Origin: Felis catus
Lineage: Eukaryota
NCBI RefSeq assembly: GCF_018350175.1
Contig: NC_058368.1
Coordinates: 168,518,001-168,582,000, forward strand
Reading direction: 5' to 3'
Length of the DNA: 64,000 nt
Below, in pieces: positions 12,471-24,783 of the stretch. The position numbers and the translations under genes were made by a program. The notes under the pieces were generated by a model, which was not told where the DNA came from, did no database searches, and saw only the letters and a program-made list of their open reading frames with translations. Positions within the stretch are counted from its first letter, which is position 1. Every line of letters begins with the position of its first letter.

Positions 12471-15400
12471 GATGACCTGGGAAACACCCAGTGGAGAAGA
12501 ATGCCCTTGTCAGCGAGATGATGCAAAAGCATCTGATAAATATTGAGAGGACAAAGACTATAGTGGAGTTGGCTGGTTATTACTAAGTTGTATTGAAGCC
12601 TTACAGAGGGATGATTAGAAATCCTAGTAAGAGCTGTTAACAAACAGTTAAAAGCTAAATGTGAGAGCTTACCTGACAGTTTACAAAAAACCCTTATCTC
12701 CTGCTGTGTGGGAGAGCAATCACAGCTGAGGAGCAAAATCAACATCTGATAATTGAGGTTGCTGAACTCTAGTGATATTTAAATGCTCAAAGTAGGTCTT
12801 GTGTACAAGGGTAAGAGCTGAGGTCGGGAAAACCTGGGACCCTGAAACATGAAATGGAAACACCCAGAGTGAGTGTTTCTGTGGATCTTAACTCTGTACA
12901 GTCCCCGAAATCTCAGAGTTTGAAAATGTGGCCTACCTCTCCGGAGGAAGAGTTCCCAAGAGGAAATATTCTGCTGAGCTCTCTTCCTAATTAAACAATG
13001 GATAACACCCTCAGGAGCTCATCCCACCTTCTCTTCAGGCTGCCAGACTAATTACTAGGATTAAATCCCCACATAACTTTGCTGGAAACATACTGGGCCT
13101 GAGAGAAGGAGGAAAAGAGATTTCTGTTAAAGAAGTTGGAAGAATTAAGCAGTATGTATACGCATGGACTGGGGGAATAATCCTGGGATTGAATTTTGAA
13201 GGTGCTTGATCAAAGGGTCAGAGCATAAAACTGGATAAGCAAAAAGTCAGCAACTGGTGATGCTTTCTCAGGACATAGGATTTACCACCCTGCATTGGAC
13301 CCAAGGGGATGAGACAAACTTTCAACTTGGGTGACTCTTAGAAGTCTGGAAAAAATGATGTCTTATGCTGGACAATGGGAATGCCTGAACTTCCCTGTAT
13401 ATGGTAGAAGATGGAATATAAAGGCTGCAGAAAGTGGGATGCTGGAATAGATACATTATGTGAAACCAGAAGACATTCTGCGGGATAACATTCCATGGAG
13501 GGCCCCAGAGGATATACCATTCACCAAGGCTTTCAGGAATGTTTTGGTGAGAGGGACACCAGCAGCACTCAAAGTTTCAGTGGTGGCCACCTATGCAGAC
13601 CAGGGATCATGGTAAGATAGCTGGTCACAGAGCTGGACTCATGATGAGAAGTGAAGTAAAGAAGACCAAGCAGTGATGATCAGCTACTAAAAGCCAGCAG
13701 GCCACAATAATCATAACAACCAATAAGGAGAGTGGAACAGCCAAGGATGCTTGACTTCAGGGAGCTGTGGAAAATTAATAGAGCAAAAATTGGCCAGTTT
13801 TGCCTAATATCTATCATCAGAAGCAAGACCAGAGGGCACAAATAAGCTGTATGAGCAAGTAGTCTACCCTTCCACCACAGCTGCCCCAGAACCACTGTCC
13901 CAGATAACATCTATGAGTATATGTGGGGCCCCTTATGACCAGCTGTAGATGGAGGAAAATGTCTAGGTTTGGTCTGCATATGGATCAGCTTAGTATGTGG
14001 GTACAATCCAAAAATGGATTGCAGCTGTATAGCCACATTCAGGGATGGCCTTGAAATACGGTGGAAAGGGAAAATCTTCCCAATGAGCAGGTGATATGCC
14101 TCATCATTTACTTTGTGTGCAAGAACAAGTGGCCCAAGGCAAGACTATAGGTTCTTGGGCAGTGACCAATAGCCTAACAAGATGACCAGGGGCCTAGAAG
14201 AAAAAACACTAGAAGATCAGACATAAGGAGTTCTGGGGTAAAAGCAAATCGATAGCGTATGGTAGTGGGTACAAAGTATGAAGATTTTCACACATTAATA
14301 CCCAGGAGAAAGCACGCACTATGGAGGAGACCATGAGCAACTAAACAGAAAAAATGACAGTTGGCATTCACCAGCTTTCATCACTGCCACCTCAGAACTG
14401 GAATGATGGGTACATAATGAGAGTGGCCCAGTGGCAGAGATGGAGACTGCACATGAATCTAACAACATGTATTATCATTTGCTAACTGCCACTGCCTCTG
14501 AATGTCCAACCCATGAGCAGAAGAGAACAATCAATGTTGATCCCCCAATTTGGCACTATTATTTCAGCAAACTGACTATCTTCTTGGTAGCAAGTGAACT
14601 ACATTGAACCCCTTTCACTTTAAAATGTTCTCCCTCAGGAGTAGATACTTATTCTGGATATGAGTTTACCTTTCCTTTCCATAGATCCTCAGGCAGGATC
14701 ACTCTCTGAGGGCTTACAGGATGCTTGATCCATAGGATGTAGTCCACATAACATAGCATCCAATCAGGGAAACCACTGCTCAGCAAAGAATTCACTGTTT
14801 GCAATACACATTGCACCTTCCGGAATCTGCCACCCTCATAGAGTACTAGAAGAACCTATTGAAGACACATCTGAACTAACATCCTTAAATGCAGTACTCT
14901 ACAAGGATGGGGTGCCATCAGAGACCTCTAAATAGCCTCAGTAGGAAGAATACATGGATCTGGGAACCAAGAGTAGAAATAGAAATGGCCTCATTTATCA
15001 TCATTCTCAATGACCCACTTGAGATCTCTGTGTTTTTCATTCCTTCAGCTCTGGACTCTGCAAGGTTGGGGGTCATGGTCACCCATGCAAGGTTGGGGGT
15101 CAAGGTCACCCTGCAAGATTGGAGGTGCATTCTTGTGAAGGAACAGAATAAGGATCCCCATGAACTCTAAGCTATGACTGCTGCCAGATCACTATGGACT
15201 CTTTGTGTCCAAGTACTGGCAGATAAGACATGGAGCCACCATCTTGTCAGAAATAACTTAACCCAACCAGCAGGAAGAGGTAGGGCTGCTATGACAAAAT
15301 GAGGGCAGAAAAGAAGATGTATGGAACCAAGGTGGTTTGCTTAGGTGTTTCTTGATACTTTCTTGCCTAATGGTAACTGTGAATGTACATGTGCAGCAGC

Positions 15401-15670
15401 CACAGCCTGAGAAGGTTATGATTTCTAAGAAATCAGACCCCTCAGGAATGAGTTTTTGAGTTATGCCACTAGGTAAGCCAACAAGACTGGAAGAAGACAG
15501 CTTAGTATGGGAGGAAGCGAGGGGAGGTTTGAGATCAATGGTAGAAACAGGGGTTGTAACTTATCCTTGTAGGATAACTCCCTCTTCTAAGTTTCCCTTA
15601 AGAATAGAGGCACATGAAGACCATGGAAAGCATGAATGGAGAAGTGAATCTGGGCAGTATATGGTATAGA
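12470..15670 (+). mobile_element. ERV-L internal region (ERV3-16A3_I-like), decayed: gag, RNase H, integrase, dUTPase remnants
   Basis: gag-type gggaaaacctgggaccctgaaacatg; RNase H remnants WSAYGSA*YVGT (13970) and GMALKYGGKGKSSQ*A (14042); integrase W*QVNYIEPL (14585), GVDTYSGYEFTFP (14638), PHNIASNQGNH (14744); dUTPase-like 15140-15400; many stops and frameshifts. Confidence 0.9.
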
Positions 15671-15671
15671 C

Positions 15672-15995
15672 TGTGACAATCACAGATATGCTGTCCAGAT
15701 CTCCAAATTGTTGTATGAAACATAACTGATTGATGAATTTTGTCTTCTACCATGGAAACACTGAGACCATACTTTGCACAGACTGCCCCTAATGACTGAC
15801 TGAACACTGCAGGGTCATAGAACCAGCCCACTTCTGCTCAACACAGGATCCCTCTAACAGGAAACTTTTGCTCAGTGATGTCTCATCATCATCAAAGATG
15901 AGATTTTTCTTAGAGTTACACTGTGGTCTGTGGCTTTTCCCATCCAACCCTTCCTTCCTTCTCTCCTTTCACAGGTATCAGACCTGCAATGATCA
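15672..15995 (+). mobile_element. ERV-L 3' LTR (LTR16A-like), 3'-truncated
   Basis: Starts tgtgacaatcacagatatgctgtccagatctcc; cctctaacaggaaacttttgctc; ctcctttcacaggtatcagacctgca; directly follows the internal region. Confidence 0.85.
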
Positions 15996-16029
15996 GTTAA
16001 GACCAGTATGACCAGTCTTACCTGAAAGA

Positions 16030-16600
16030 CCAGTAAGATTGGGGGTTGAAGGTGACTAGAAAAGAAAGCAGAACTGAAAGGAGCTCTTCTTGGATTAGAG
16101 AGGCTTAGCTTCATAAGCTCAGGAGAAGTCAAAGAAGAGGGAAAGACTGAAGGTACCCCAGAAATGGGATAGAATTAAAGACATGAGGAACAGAATGAGG
16201 ATGAGGGCAAGGGAAGGGGTAGGAAGTTTAGCAACTGCCTTAGAGTCTATTTTTTTCTAATGTTACAGGACTGAAGATCATCTACTGAGAGAAAGAATGG
16301 GGAGTGAGGGATAGTGGAGGCCAAGAGGGGGACTGAGTGAAATAGCCCCCAATGATGAATGGACACGAGAACTTTCTGGGACATGTGGAAGGCTGAGGGG
16401 AGGGGCCTCTGCTGAAGCTGGAACCATGCATGTGTAAAATCAGCAGTGGGATTTTCTTCAACATCCCCTGGGTGTCCCTGTGTGGAACTGGAGGTATCAG
16501 ACAACATGAGAAGGATACGGGGTGGGAGAGTAGCAGGCTCTGACAGGGACTCTGAAGTGGAACAATGGTGAGCAAGAGGAGAGTCTTGGTAACTTATTTA
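16030..16600 (-). mobile_element. L2 LINE fragment
   Basis: Degenerate purine-rich antisense L2-like sequence. Confidence 0.4.
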
Positions 16601-16956
16601 AAACAGTGATTTACCAAAATCCAGATTTGGAGGAAGGAGACCTACTCCCACTTGATGGAAAAATAAACTAAGTACCTTTACTACTGCATCTTGCCTCACT
16701 GTACCACATGAAAGTATTTTTTACCCACAGATGAAGTGCTGGTTCCCTCAACTTTCGTGTATGGAAAAACTCTTCCAAGGTCTGGAATTGGATGGATAAA
16801 TCTCATCTAAATCTTATTTTATACTTACTTTTAAGATTGTGTACTTATTTGAGATTTTATACTTACTCTTAGGAATATTCAAGAAGGATGGCTATGACTT
16901 ACTTGGTTAGAATCCTAAGTCATTAAATATATTAGTAGTAAATACATTCACTTTTT

Positions 16957-17172
16957 AAAAAAAAATTTTTAAAGTGTTTATTTATTTTTGAGAGAAACAG
17001 AGACAGACAACGTGTGAACAGGGGAGGAGTAGAGAGAGAGGGAGACACAGAATCCAAAGCAGGCTCTGAGCTGTCAGCACAGAGCCCGATGTGGGGCTCA
17101 ACCTCACAAACTGTGAGATCATGACCTGAGCCTAAGTCGGACATTCGACCGACTGAGCAACCCAAGTGCCCC
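16957..17172 (-). mobile_element. Can-SINE, full length
   Basis: TSD taa.tacattcacttttt at 16939 and 17173. Confidence 0.96.
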
Positions 17173-18983
17173 TAACTACATTCACTTTTTAAGAACTGAT
17201 GAACAAGTATTTGGGCTGAATTCAATTTTCTTCTTCTCTTTTTACAAACATCCGGGCTATTTTACATATAAATAAAAAATGATTTTTACCAAGCACGTGG
17301 AAAGAGTTTTATAGCTGGGTATGCCAATCTTTGCTATGTGTGAGATGAGACCCCATATTTTTATGGTGTGATTGACAATCTATGTGGATTTCAAATTTCT
17401 TAATCTGCACTTTTTAAGTGAGTTTATGGTTTTGGCTGGTGTTGTCATTACATGTTAACTGTGACACATCATAGATAGTAGCTAGGTCAAGGAGATTTTT
17501 CTTAAAAGAGAACAGAAATAATTGCCCTGGCTGTGTTCAAAATGGGCTCTGACAAGAATTTTAAGAAGTTTCACAAATGAGATTGCTCTTGGAAACTTGT
17601 TTACTCATTATGAGAACTCTCATCCATTATCAGATAAAGATAATTTGAGTCAAGTAAGGGTGAAGTTCAAAATGAAAGCAATAAAGGATTTATTTCCAAA
17701 TCTGATGATGACTATGTTCCCATAAGCATTCTAGTGAATTTAGATTTATGCACATATGTGACTCTGCAACATGCCTTAAAATTATGGTGGATTCCCTGTG
17801 GTGCCATCTTCGCCAGCTGGCCCCGTGCAAATGTGAGACTGGACTATTAACCATACAACATTACAGACAAATATGAGAAGCATGGTCCGGGCTGTCATTC
17901 TTTTTTTTATTTTTTAAGAAACTAACTAGAAGAAATGTGAAAAGATTCATTATACCCAAAAGAGGCAATGGAATTGCTTTCCTCATGTTTTTCCTATTGG
18001 AGCTGAAAGAAAAAGTTTGCCAAATTATGTGTAATGAATAAGCACTTCTTGGAGGAGAAATATTATTAAAATACTATTTTAAAAATTCAAAACGAATCAA
18101 ATCTGCCAAAATGTTTGTGAATTGTTAAAAGAAAAAGTAGTTCAATGACAGTGCCAGGAAGAATTTGTGCGGCAGGTTGTGGACCACTGTTAATGAGGTA
18201 AGACCCTCACATATGTGATACACAATTTACAGTGGGTTTATGTGTCCGTTTGTTCTGTAAGTGGACAGTTCAGAGCTCAGGATACATCTTGCTAAAGAAA
18301 AAGACTGCCACAGAACCACTGTGGGCCGGATTCATATCCTAATAGGAGTTTTAGACACCTAAGCCTTCAGATACCTAATCCCACAAGGCTGCCCATTTTC
18401 TAAGTGAGAGTGGAGGCCCAGAGGTAACCTGCATGGAGCTATCGTCAGGACCAGCAGTATCAATCTGGGCTGTGTGTCCTGTGAGAGGGCCATGATACTT
18501 GAGAGGAAAGACCTGAAGCTCAGAGAGATTCTTCGCCACTCTTAGTCCAGGGAACTGCTGAAATAAAGATCGCCACTTCCATATGCAAATCTTTCTCTGT
18601 GGCCTAGCCGACTTCCAGCTGTGGTGTGGCAGCTCTGACCTCCCCAGCCTCCATTCCAGAAAAGCTGAAGCTGTTTCTTGCCCAGGCTGGAACCTGATTC
18701 CCCAGCAGCGTGCCCAGGGGTAGAAATAGTATTTGTGAGTTCTAAAATACACAGAACTGCAGAGACTGATCAGAAACAGAACCCAAGCCAGCTTAGTTTA
18801 GTCCCCAGGAGGAGAGATAATCAGGACTTGGAGCAGTGGGACCAAAACTGACAGTAAGAAAGCTCTACAAAGAGATGGGAAATGGAAGGGGAGTAAATTT
18901 CTAAGCCAGAAAGGTTTGCAGCAGCAGCCTGGTAATTATGGGTGGACACACAGGAGAAGGATAACCAAACTGAGAAAAAGTTG

Positions 18984-19058
18984 TTTCTTCTTTTCTTTTT
19001 TCTTTTCTTTTCTTTCCTTCCTTCCTTCCTTCCTTCCTTCCTTCCTTCCTTCCTTCCT
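18984..19058. repeat. (CTTT)n/(CTTC)n polypyrimidine microsatellite
   Basis: About 75 nt uninterrupted pyrimidines. Confidence 0.97.
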
Positions 19059-19159
19059 ATAAACTCTTGGGGTGGTTTTTAAGTATATCCACAATTTTGT
19101 TCTTTCTCCTCTCATCAACTGGTAAAATCTGAGGAGACTCTCTTGAATCTGAGCGGACC

Positions 19160-19605
19160 TTTTGGCTACCCACACAAACAGGATTCAGTGGAAGTAACAT
19201 TGCGTCACTTCCAAGGCTTGATTAGAAAAGCCCATACAGCTTATGCTGGTATCTCTTGGGATATTTGCTCTACTCACTCTGGGAGGCTTTGGCCACCTTG
19301 TAAGAACTCTGCTACCTTCATGCTACCTGACACCACATGGAGAGACCACAGAAAGAGAAAGATCCCCAAGGAATCCAAACTGTTCTAGCTCCAGCTGTTA
19401 GAGTTTCCCTAGTCCAGGCATTAGTTTTGTGAGTGATAAAACCTTCACAATGACCCCAGGCTCAACCACCTTTCCACAGCAACCATGTGAGAGACCCCAA
19501 GTGAAAACTGCCTGAGTCCTGTGGACTCCCATACTTGAATGCAAAATAAAGAATTGCTATTGTTTTGAGTCAGACTGAGTTACCTAGCAGTAGATAACCT
19601 GAACA
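19160..19605 (+). mobile_element. MaLR LTR (MLT1F/G-like)
   Basis: gtggaagtaacattgcgtcacttccaaggc...caaccatgtgagagaccccaag...gcagtagataacctgaaca. Confidence 0.75.
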
Positions 19606-20115
19606 GACTATCTATAAAAGAAGCAGTTACGTTTTCTTTCTCAAAAGGACAAATATCCTGGAGGTCTGGAGTCTTCTTTGCTCAGAAAAGTTTAAGAAGT
19701 TTTAGTTTTCAAAAGCCTGCCCCCTCCGTTTTTAATAGCAGGATTATTATATAGAGAGGAGAACTCTGTTGATTGAGCAAGAGAGAACCTAGCTATTAGA
19801 ATGGATGCCCTGCAGAGACTAGAAAAAGTGGAGGGTCGATGGTGCCTGGTGGTTGACATTTATGCCAGTGGCTTACTTGGGTGCAGAGGTAGAGGTTGTC
19901 ATGATTAGCAGAAAACCACGTAAACACTGAGGATCTCAGTGCAGCTATGATGAGCACACCACCAGATTCTCCTCTCCATGTTTCCTGAACAGCATAAACT
20001 GCCTGGAATTCTTACATAATGCTAGATGGAGGAGGGCCTCCTAAACATGACTGACACTGAATTTCCCATCGTGTGATATGATTTTGAAATCTTAAGAAAA
20101 AAAAAATCCTTTCTT

Positions 20116-20333
20116 TAAAAAAAATTTTTTTTTAATGTTTATTTTTGAGAGAGAGACAGAGTGTGCGCGTGGGAGGAGTAGAGAAAGAGGGAGACACAGA
20201 ATCCGAAGTGGGCTCCAGGCTCTGAGCTGTCAGCACAGAGCCCAACGTGGGGCTCGAACCCACAGACTGTGAGTGTGACCTGAGCTCAAGTCAGACGCTT
20301 AACCGACTGAACCACCCAGGTGCCCCCCCCCCC
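20116..20333 (-). mobile_element. Can-SINE, full length
   Basis: TSD aaatcctttctt at 20104 and 20334. Confidence 0.96.
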
Positions 20334-22669
20334 AAATCCTTTCTTGTCCCGAAGATTTGTTAAAGCAACCCCACCCGGATATAGACACACGTTTGTAAAT
20401 GACAGAGATTCCCTTCACCATCCCAGAGTGTTTGTTATCCTTGCAAGAGGATTTGCTATTAATAAATTAAATTAATGTCTCATTGAGGAGAATTTTAGGC
20501 ATCTAAAAAAAATGAAAACTTAAGAATAAGTCAGGGAAAGATAGTTATCTGGGGCTTTGGAAGATCCATTAAGCCACCTTTGCTCCTGAGGATCCCTGTT
20601 CCTCCATTTCTGAAATGACAAAATCTTTCAAAACTCCAAGATGTTTTGAGCTTTTAAATCTCCAAGGTGATATTTGTTTGCATATTTGCAGAGATATCAA
20701 ACGTGAAGTTTGTTTGACACAAAATGCCCAGCCACACATAGCTGTTGCGATGAATCATATCCTCTGTATACCAGAGAAGATATCTCAAACTGTTTCCATT
20801 TGATTTCCAGATAGCCTTTAAAATAACCAAGTGAGATTAGTCATTTAGATTTAGAGACCTGAAACTGATTGTCGGAAGCCTTTAAACCTTAATGTTGCCT
20901 CCTCTTCCTTCCTGGTTCCCCCTAAAATATCCAGTCATTTGTCTTTGTCCCTGAAATAAAATTAGATCCACTAAGGTCTCTTCTCAATATTTTTTTCTGT
21001 CTTAGCCATGTGTTACAATTGATCAGAGTAATTAACAGCGATCCCATCTAGGTGGGAAGGTATTTTGATAACCTGACTACCGATCTGAATTCCAACTCCA
21101 CAAAGGAGACTTGGCAGAATGTTGTTAGGGTGTTCAAATATATATGCACTGTTCAGAATCAAAGAGGGAAAAAATGAAATTCTGGTAAAGGTGGCCCAAG
21201 ATGAAGGCACTGAACTCCTGTTCCTGAGAACTGCTGAGGAGCTCTTTTCTAGGTAAGGTGTGCCCTTGCATGCAGACAGGACATAAAGGTATCAAAGGAA
21301 CAAATAAACAATGTGTTCTCAGAACCACCCAGCCTGATTACCTCAAAGAAGAAGTAGAAATAGATCAAATCAAAGCATTTTTTAAAAGATGCTGGGGTGA
21401 CTTTTTAAAGATAAGCATCCTAAATGTCAGATGGCTAATGAAGGTCAGGCAGGCAACCTCTGTAATTTGTCATTATGTGTTTAGTCATGTGCCTTTATTA
21501 GGAAATGATGGATAACTTTCTCCTTCGCAACTGTTAGGGAGTATTTTTTCTATAATATGTAAAAAATTAAAAATACGACTGCCAAAATGTAGCATGAACG
21601 CGATTTAAAGTTGTTGTTTTCTTGTAGAGATTTAAGAGGGCAAATGAACCTCACAATAGCCACGTTTATGCAGCCAAATGAGATTGTTTGCTTACACCTG
21701 GAGGAGTCTTAGTGAATCTGAATCACATTTTTGCTAACTTTTGACTTCAAGAACCAAAGTTGAAGAGGATGAAGCTGAAGCAAACACTGTTAAAATGGCT
21801 TTTGCAGTACAGTTTTTGGAGACTAGAGGGCATAATTGTTTTAGCTGATCCAGGACGATGAAAAGCAAAATCTATTAATGTTTATTACACAGTGACCTAG
21901 AGGTTTTAAAATTTGGATCATGAATGCGAGCTTGTTTTTCATTCCAAATCCAAATCACTGTCCAGTGGAAGGAGCAGCAGAATAAAATGTGCATTTTCTG
22001 TGGCTGTTGTGGATGTTTTTGTGGAGGCCCTGGGCTTGTGAGTAAAAATAGAGCACACTTCAATGGGTCTTTTGCTTTAGCATATTTTCCTGTCTGAGAT
22101 CTATCAAGCTGTCCACTCGGTCTTTACTTGGGCTTTTCCTCCCCAAAATAGCAGCTCTCCTCCCCCCCCAAAAAGATGTGTGTGTGCATGTGCATATGTA
22201 TGTATTTATACATTGTACTCAACAAGGATCTCCATGATTAATTGAATATTTTTATAAAATTACAGGGTTGATTCTAGGTAGGGAGATTATCTTTTATGAA
22301 AAAACATTTTTTTTAATGTACGCCTCACAATAAATTTTTGTCTCCAAACAGGTTAGCTAGCTGATGACACTGTTTGGTCCTAACGCTGTTTTTACCTTTA
22401 TTTGTCCTCTTCTTACTTAGGACTTCCTGGTAAAGACTTCTTCTTTACCATTTTAGCTTCTTTAACATAATCTACTTCTGGTTTCCTCTCCTCACATATT
22501 ATGTGTGACCCCAAGCTCCAGATCACTGTCCTCTGCATTAATTTCTTCTGCTTCTGTTCATGCCAGCACACCCATATGGATGAACAGTGGAAAAGTGACT
22601 TCCACACTTACAAATTCCTGCTTAATTTCACCATGTCTTTGCCTCACAAACCACAATTCTTATTACCAC

Positions 22670-23048
22670 TGTTAAAAAAGCAAAATTCAACCAAGTAAAT
22701 GTAAAGATCCAGTTGGCTTTACTCAATGATTCATGAATTGGGTGGTATCCCATCTAACAAGGAGAAAGGAGCTCCTAGGAGCTATACAAAATGGAAGGAT
22801 TTTTTAGAAGCAGAAATAGGGCAGGCCAAAGAGACAGGATGGTTTCAGACATGGCCACTTTCCCTTCGGGGCAAGGGCAAGGGGTCTTATTTTGCAGATT
22901 ACCTCACCAGCGTTGATCAGGAAATTCCAGGATGATTGGTTTAAAATCCACTCTGGGGAGAAGCTGAAATTCAGTTAGATTAGATATGAGGTCCCACAGG
23001 GGCTTAGCAAAAGTGACTCCATTTGGGATCTCTTGTTTCTTTTTAACA
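22670..23048 (-). mobile_element. ERV1-class solo LTR
   Basis: TG...CA ends, terminal inverted repeat tgttaaaaa/tttttaaca, 4-bp TSD ccac (22666 and 23049); minus strand starts tgttaaaaagaaacaagagatcccaaatggagtcacttttgctaagcccc. Confidence 0.85.
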
Positions 23049-23225
23049 CCACGTTCAAATTTTCCTGACTGATAGTTGTCTTTGCTCTTTTTCTGTACAT
23101 TGAAAGCCCTCAAGCAGAATATTTGTCAACTAATGAATACAAGTACTGAAGGAAAGGGTGAGGGCCTTTAATAAGTTTCTAGATAGGGGATACACATCTC
23201 ACTAGATAAACTGTTAAATACTTTT

Positions 23226-23428
23226 ATTTATTTAAAAAAAATTATTTATTATTTCTGAGAGAATGAGCAGGGAAAGAACTGAGAGGGGGTTGGAGTGGGG
23301 ATAGAGGATCCAAAGCAGGATCTGTGCCGAGAGCAGAGAGCCTGATGCAGGGCTTGAACTCATGTACCGTGAGATCATGACCTGAGCCCAAGCTGGATGC
23401 TTAACCGACTGAGCCACCCAGATGTCCC
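23226..23428 (-). mobile_element. Can-SINE
   Basis: TSD ttaaatactttt on both sides. Confidence 0.95.
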
Positions 23429-23488
23429 TTAAATACTTTTTGAAACAAACTTTTTACCTCCACCTCCAAAGTATATTTCAAATCCGTC

Positions 23489-24003
23489 TATGGTAAGCAG
23501 AATTTTGGTCCCCATGACCTTTCCCCCCTGATTTTACTCTTGTGAATTTTACTTTCCATGCCAGAATGGATTTTGCAGATGTAATTAAAGTTACTAATTA
23601 GATGACCTTCAATAAAAAGATTATTCTGGATTATCCAGTGTAATCACGTGAGCTCTTAAAAACAGAGCTATTTCTCCAGCTGGTAGTAGAAGATGAAGTC
23701 AGATATTTGAAGCATGAGAAGGATTTAATATGCCATTGTTGGCTTAAAGATGAAGGGGCCATATCAAGGAAGTGGGAGCCTAGCTCTGTAACCCTCAAGG
23801 AACTGAATTCTGCCAACAAACTGAAGGAGTTGGAAAGTCGAATTTTCTTGAAGGCCTCCAGATAAGAACCCAGTGCAGTTGATACCTTGATTTCAGTCTT
23901 GTGAGACCCTGAGTACAAGACCTAGTTGAGAAATGCTGAGCCAGACTTCGGGGCCATGGGACTGTGTAGTCATTATCTACAGCAACAGTAGAAAAGTATT
24001 GTA
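23489..24003 (+). mobile_element. MaLR LTR (MLT1E-like)
   Basis: tatggtaagcagaattttggtcccc...ttttgcagatgtaattaa...aaggaactgaattctgccaac...acagcaacagtagaaaag. Confidence 0.85.
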
Positions 24004-24529
24004 TCATTAATTTTTCTTATGTAGGATTGAAAAAATCTTTACTGTTTAAGCTGTTTTCATTTCAGTTCTTCTGTTGTTTATAATTGAAAAGGAAAGTTTA
24101 TGTCTCCTTCTCAAGCTGTGAAAAATAAGTCCTTAAATTAGAACTTTTCTGTCTATACCAATGGGCTGTTGAATGTGTTAGCACTTTGATGAAAGAATGC
24201 AACTCTCTTTGCATTAGCTGAATGGCTGTCAAAGGCTAGATTCTGTATATTCAGTGTACAGATCCTACTTTCAATCCTTGTAACAACTTTTATGTCCCAC
24301 AAGGAAATATAAATAATCAAATTGGGGGAAAAAATAGTAACCATCTCTGATGATGAAGAACAAGAAACATTCAAAAAGGAAGCAAGCATATAAGGAAACA
24401 GTTTATTTTTGAATCTGACTCTAATGCAAAATATCCAGGATTTCAGAAGCCAGCTACAGAGCAGAAATATTTCTATTTTTAAGGCTTATGAATTTCAGGC
24501 CACAAACTGAACTGAATAAATAAAAAAAA

Positions 24530-24737
24530 TGTTTTAAGTTTATTTTATTTATTGAGAGAAAAAGAGAGAGAGTGCATGGGAGTGGCAGAAAGAGAGGGGA
24601 AAGGGAGAATCCCAAGCAACCTCTGCACTGCCAGCATGGAGCCTGATGTGGGGCTCGAACCCATAAACTGTGAGACCATGACCTGAGCTGAAATCAGGAG
24701 TCAGACGCTTAACCGACTGTGCCACCCAGACACCCCC
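24530..24737 (-). mobile_element. Can-SINE (older subfamily)
   Basis: gagaatcccaagc...gaaatcaggagtcagacgcttaaccgac...ccagacacccc. Confidence 0.93.
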
Positions 24738-24783
24738 AAAATTTAAACTTTATATGACAGCTTAATTGTTTACTCTTGAGTCC

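Noticed and set aside
17703..17790. Possible C/D-box snoRNA (atgatga)
   Set aside because: No CTGA D box at suitable distance and no terminal stem
18740..20090. Possible ancient Gypsy-type LTR around the MLT1 element
   Set aside because: Only a vague resemblance; termini and TSD not identifiable
21610..21712. Plus-strand acceptor ttgttttcttgtag
   Set aside because: All frames stop within about 30 codons and no good donor
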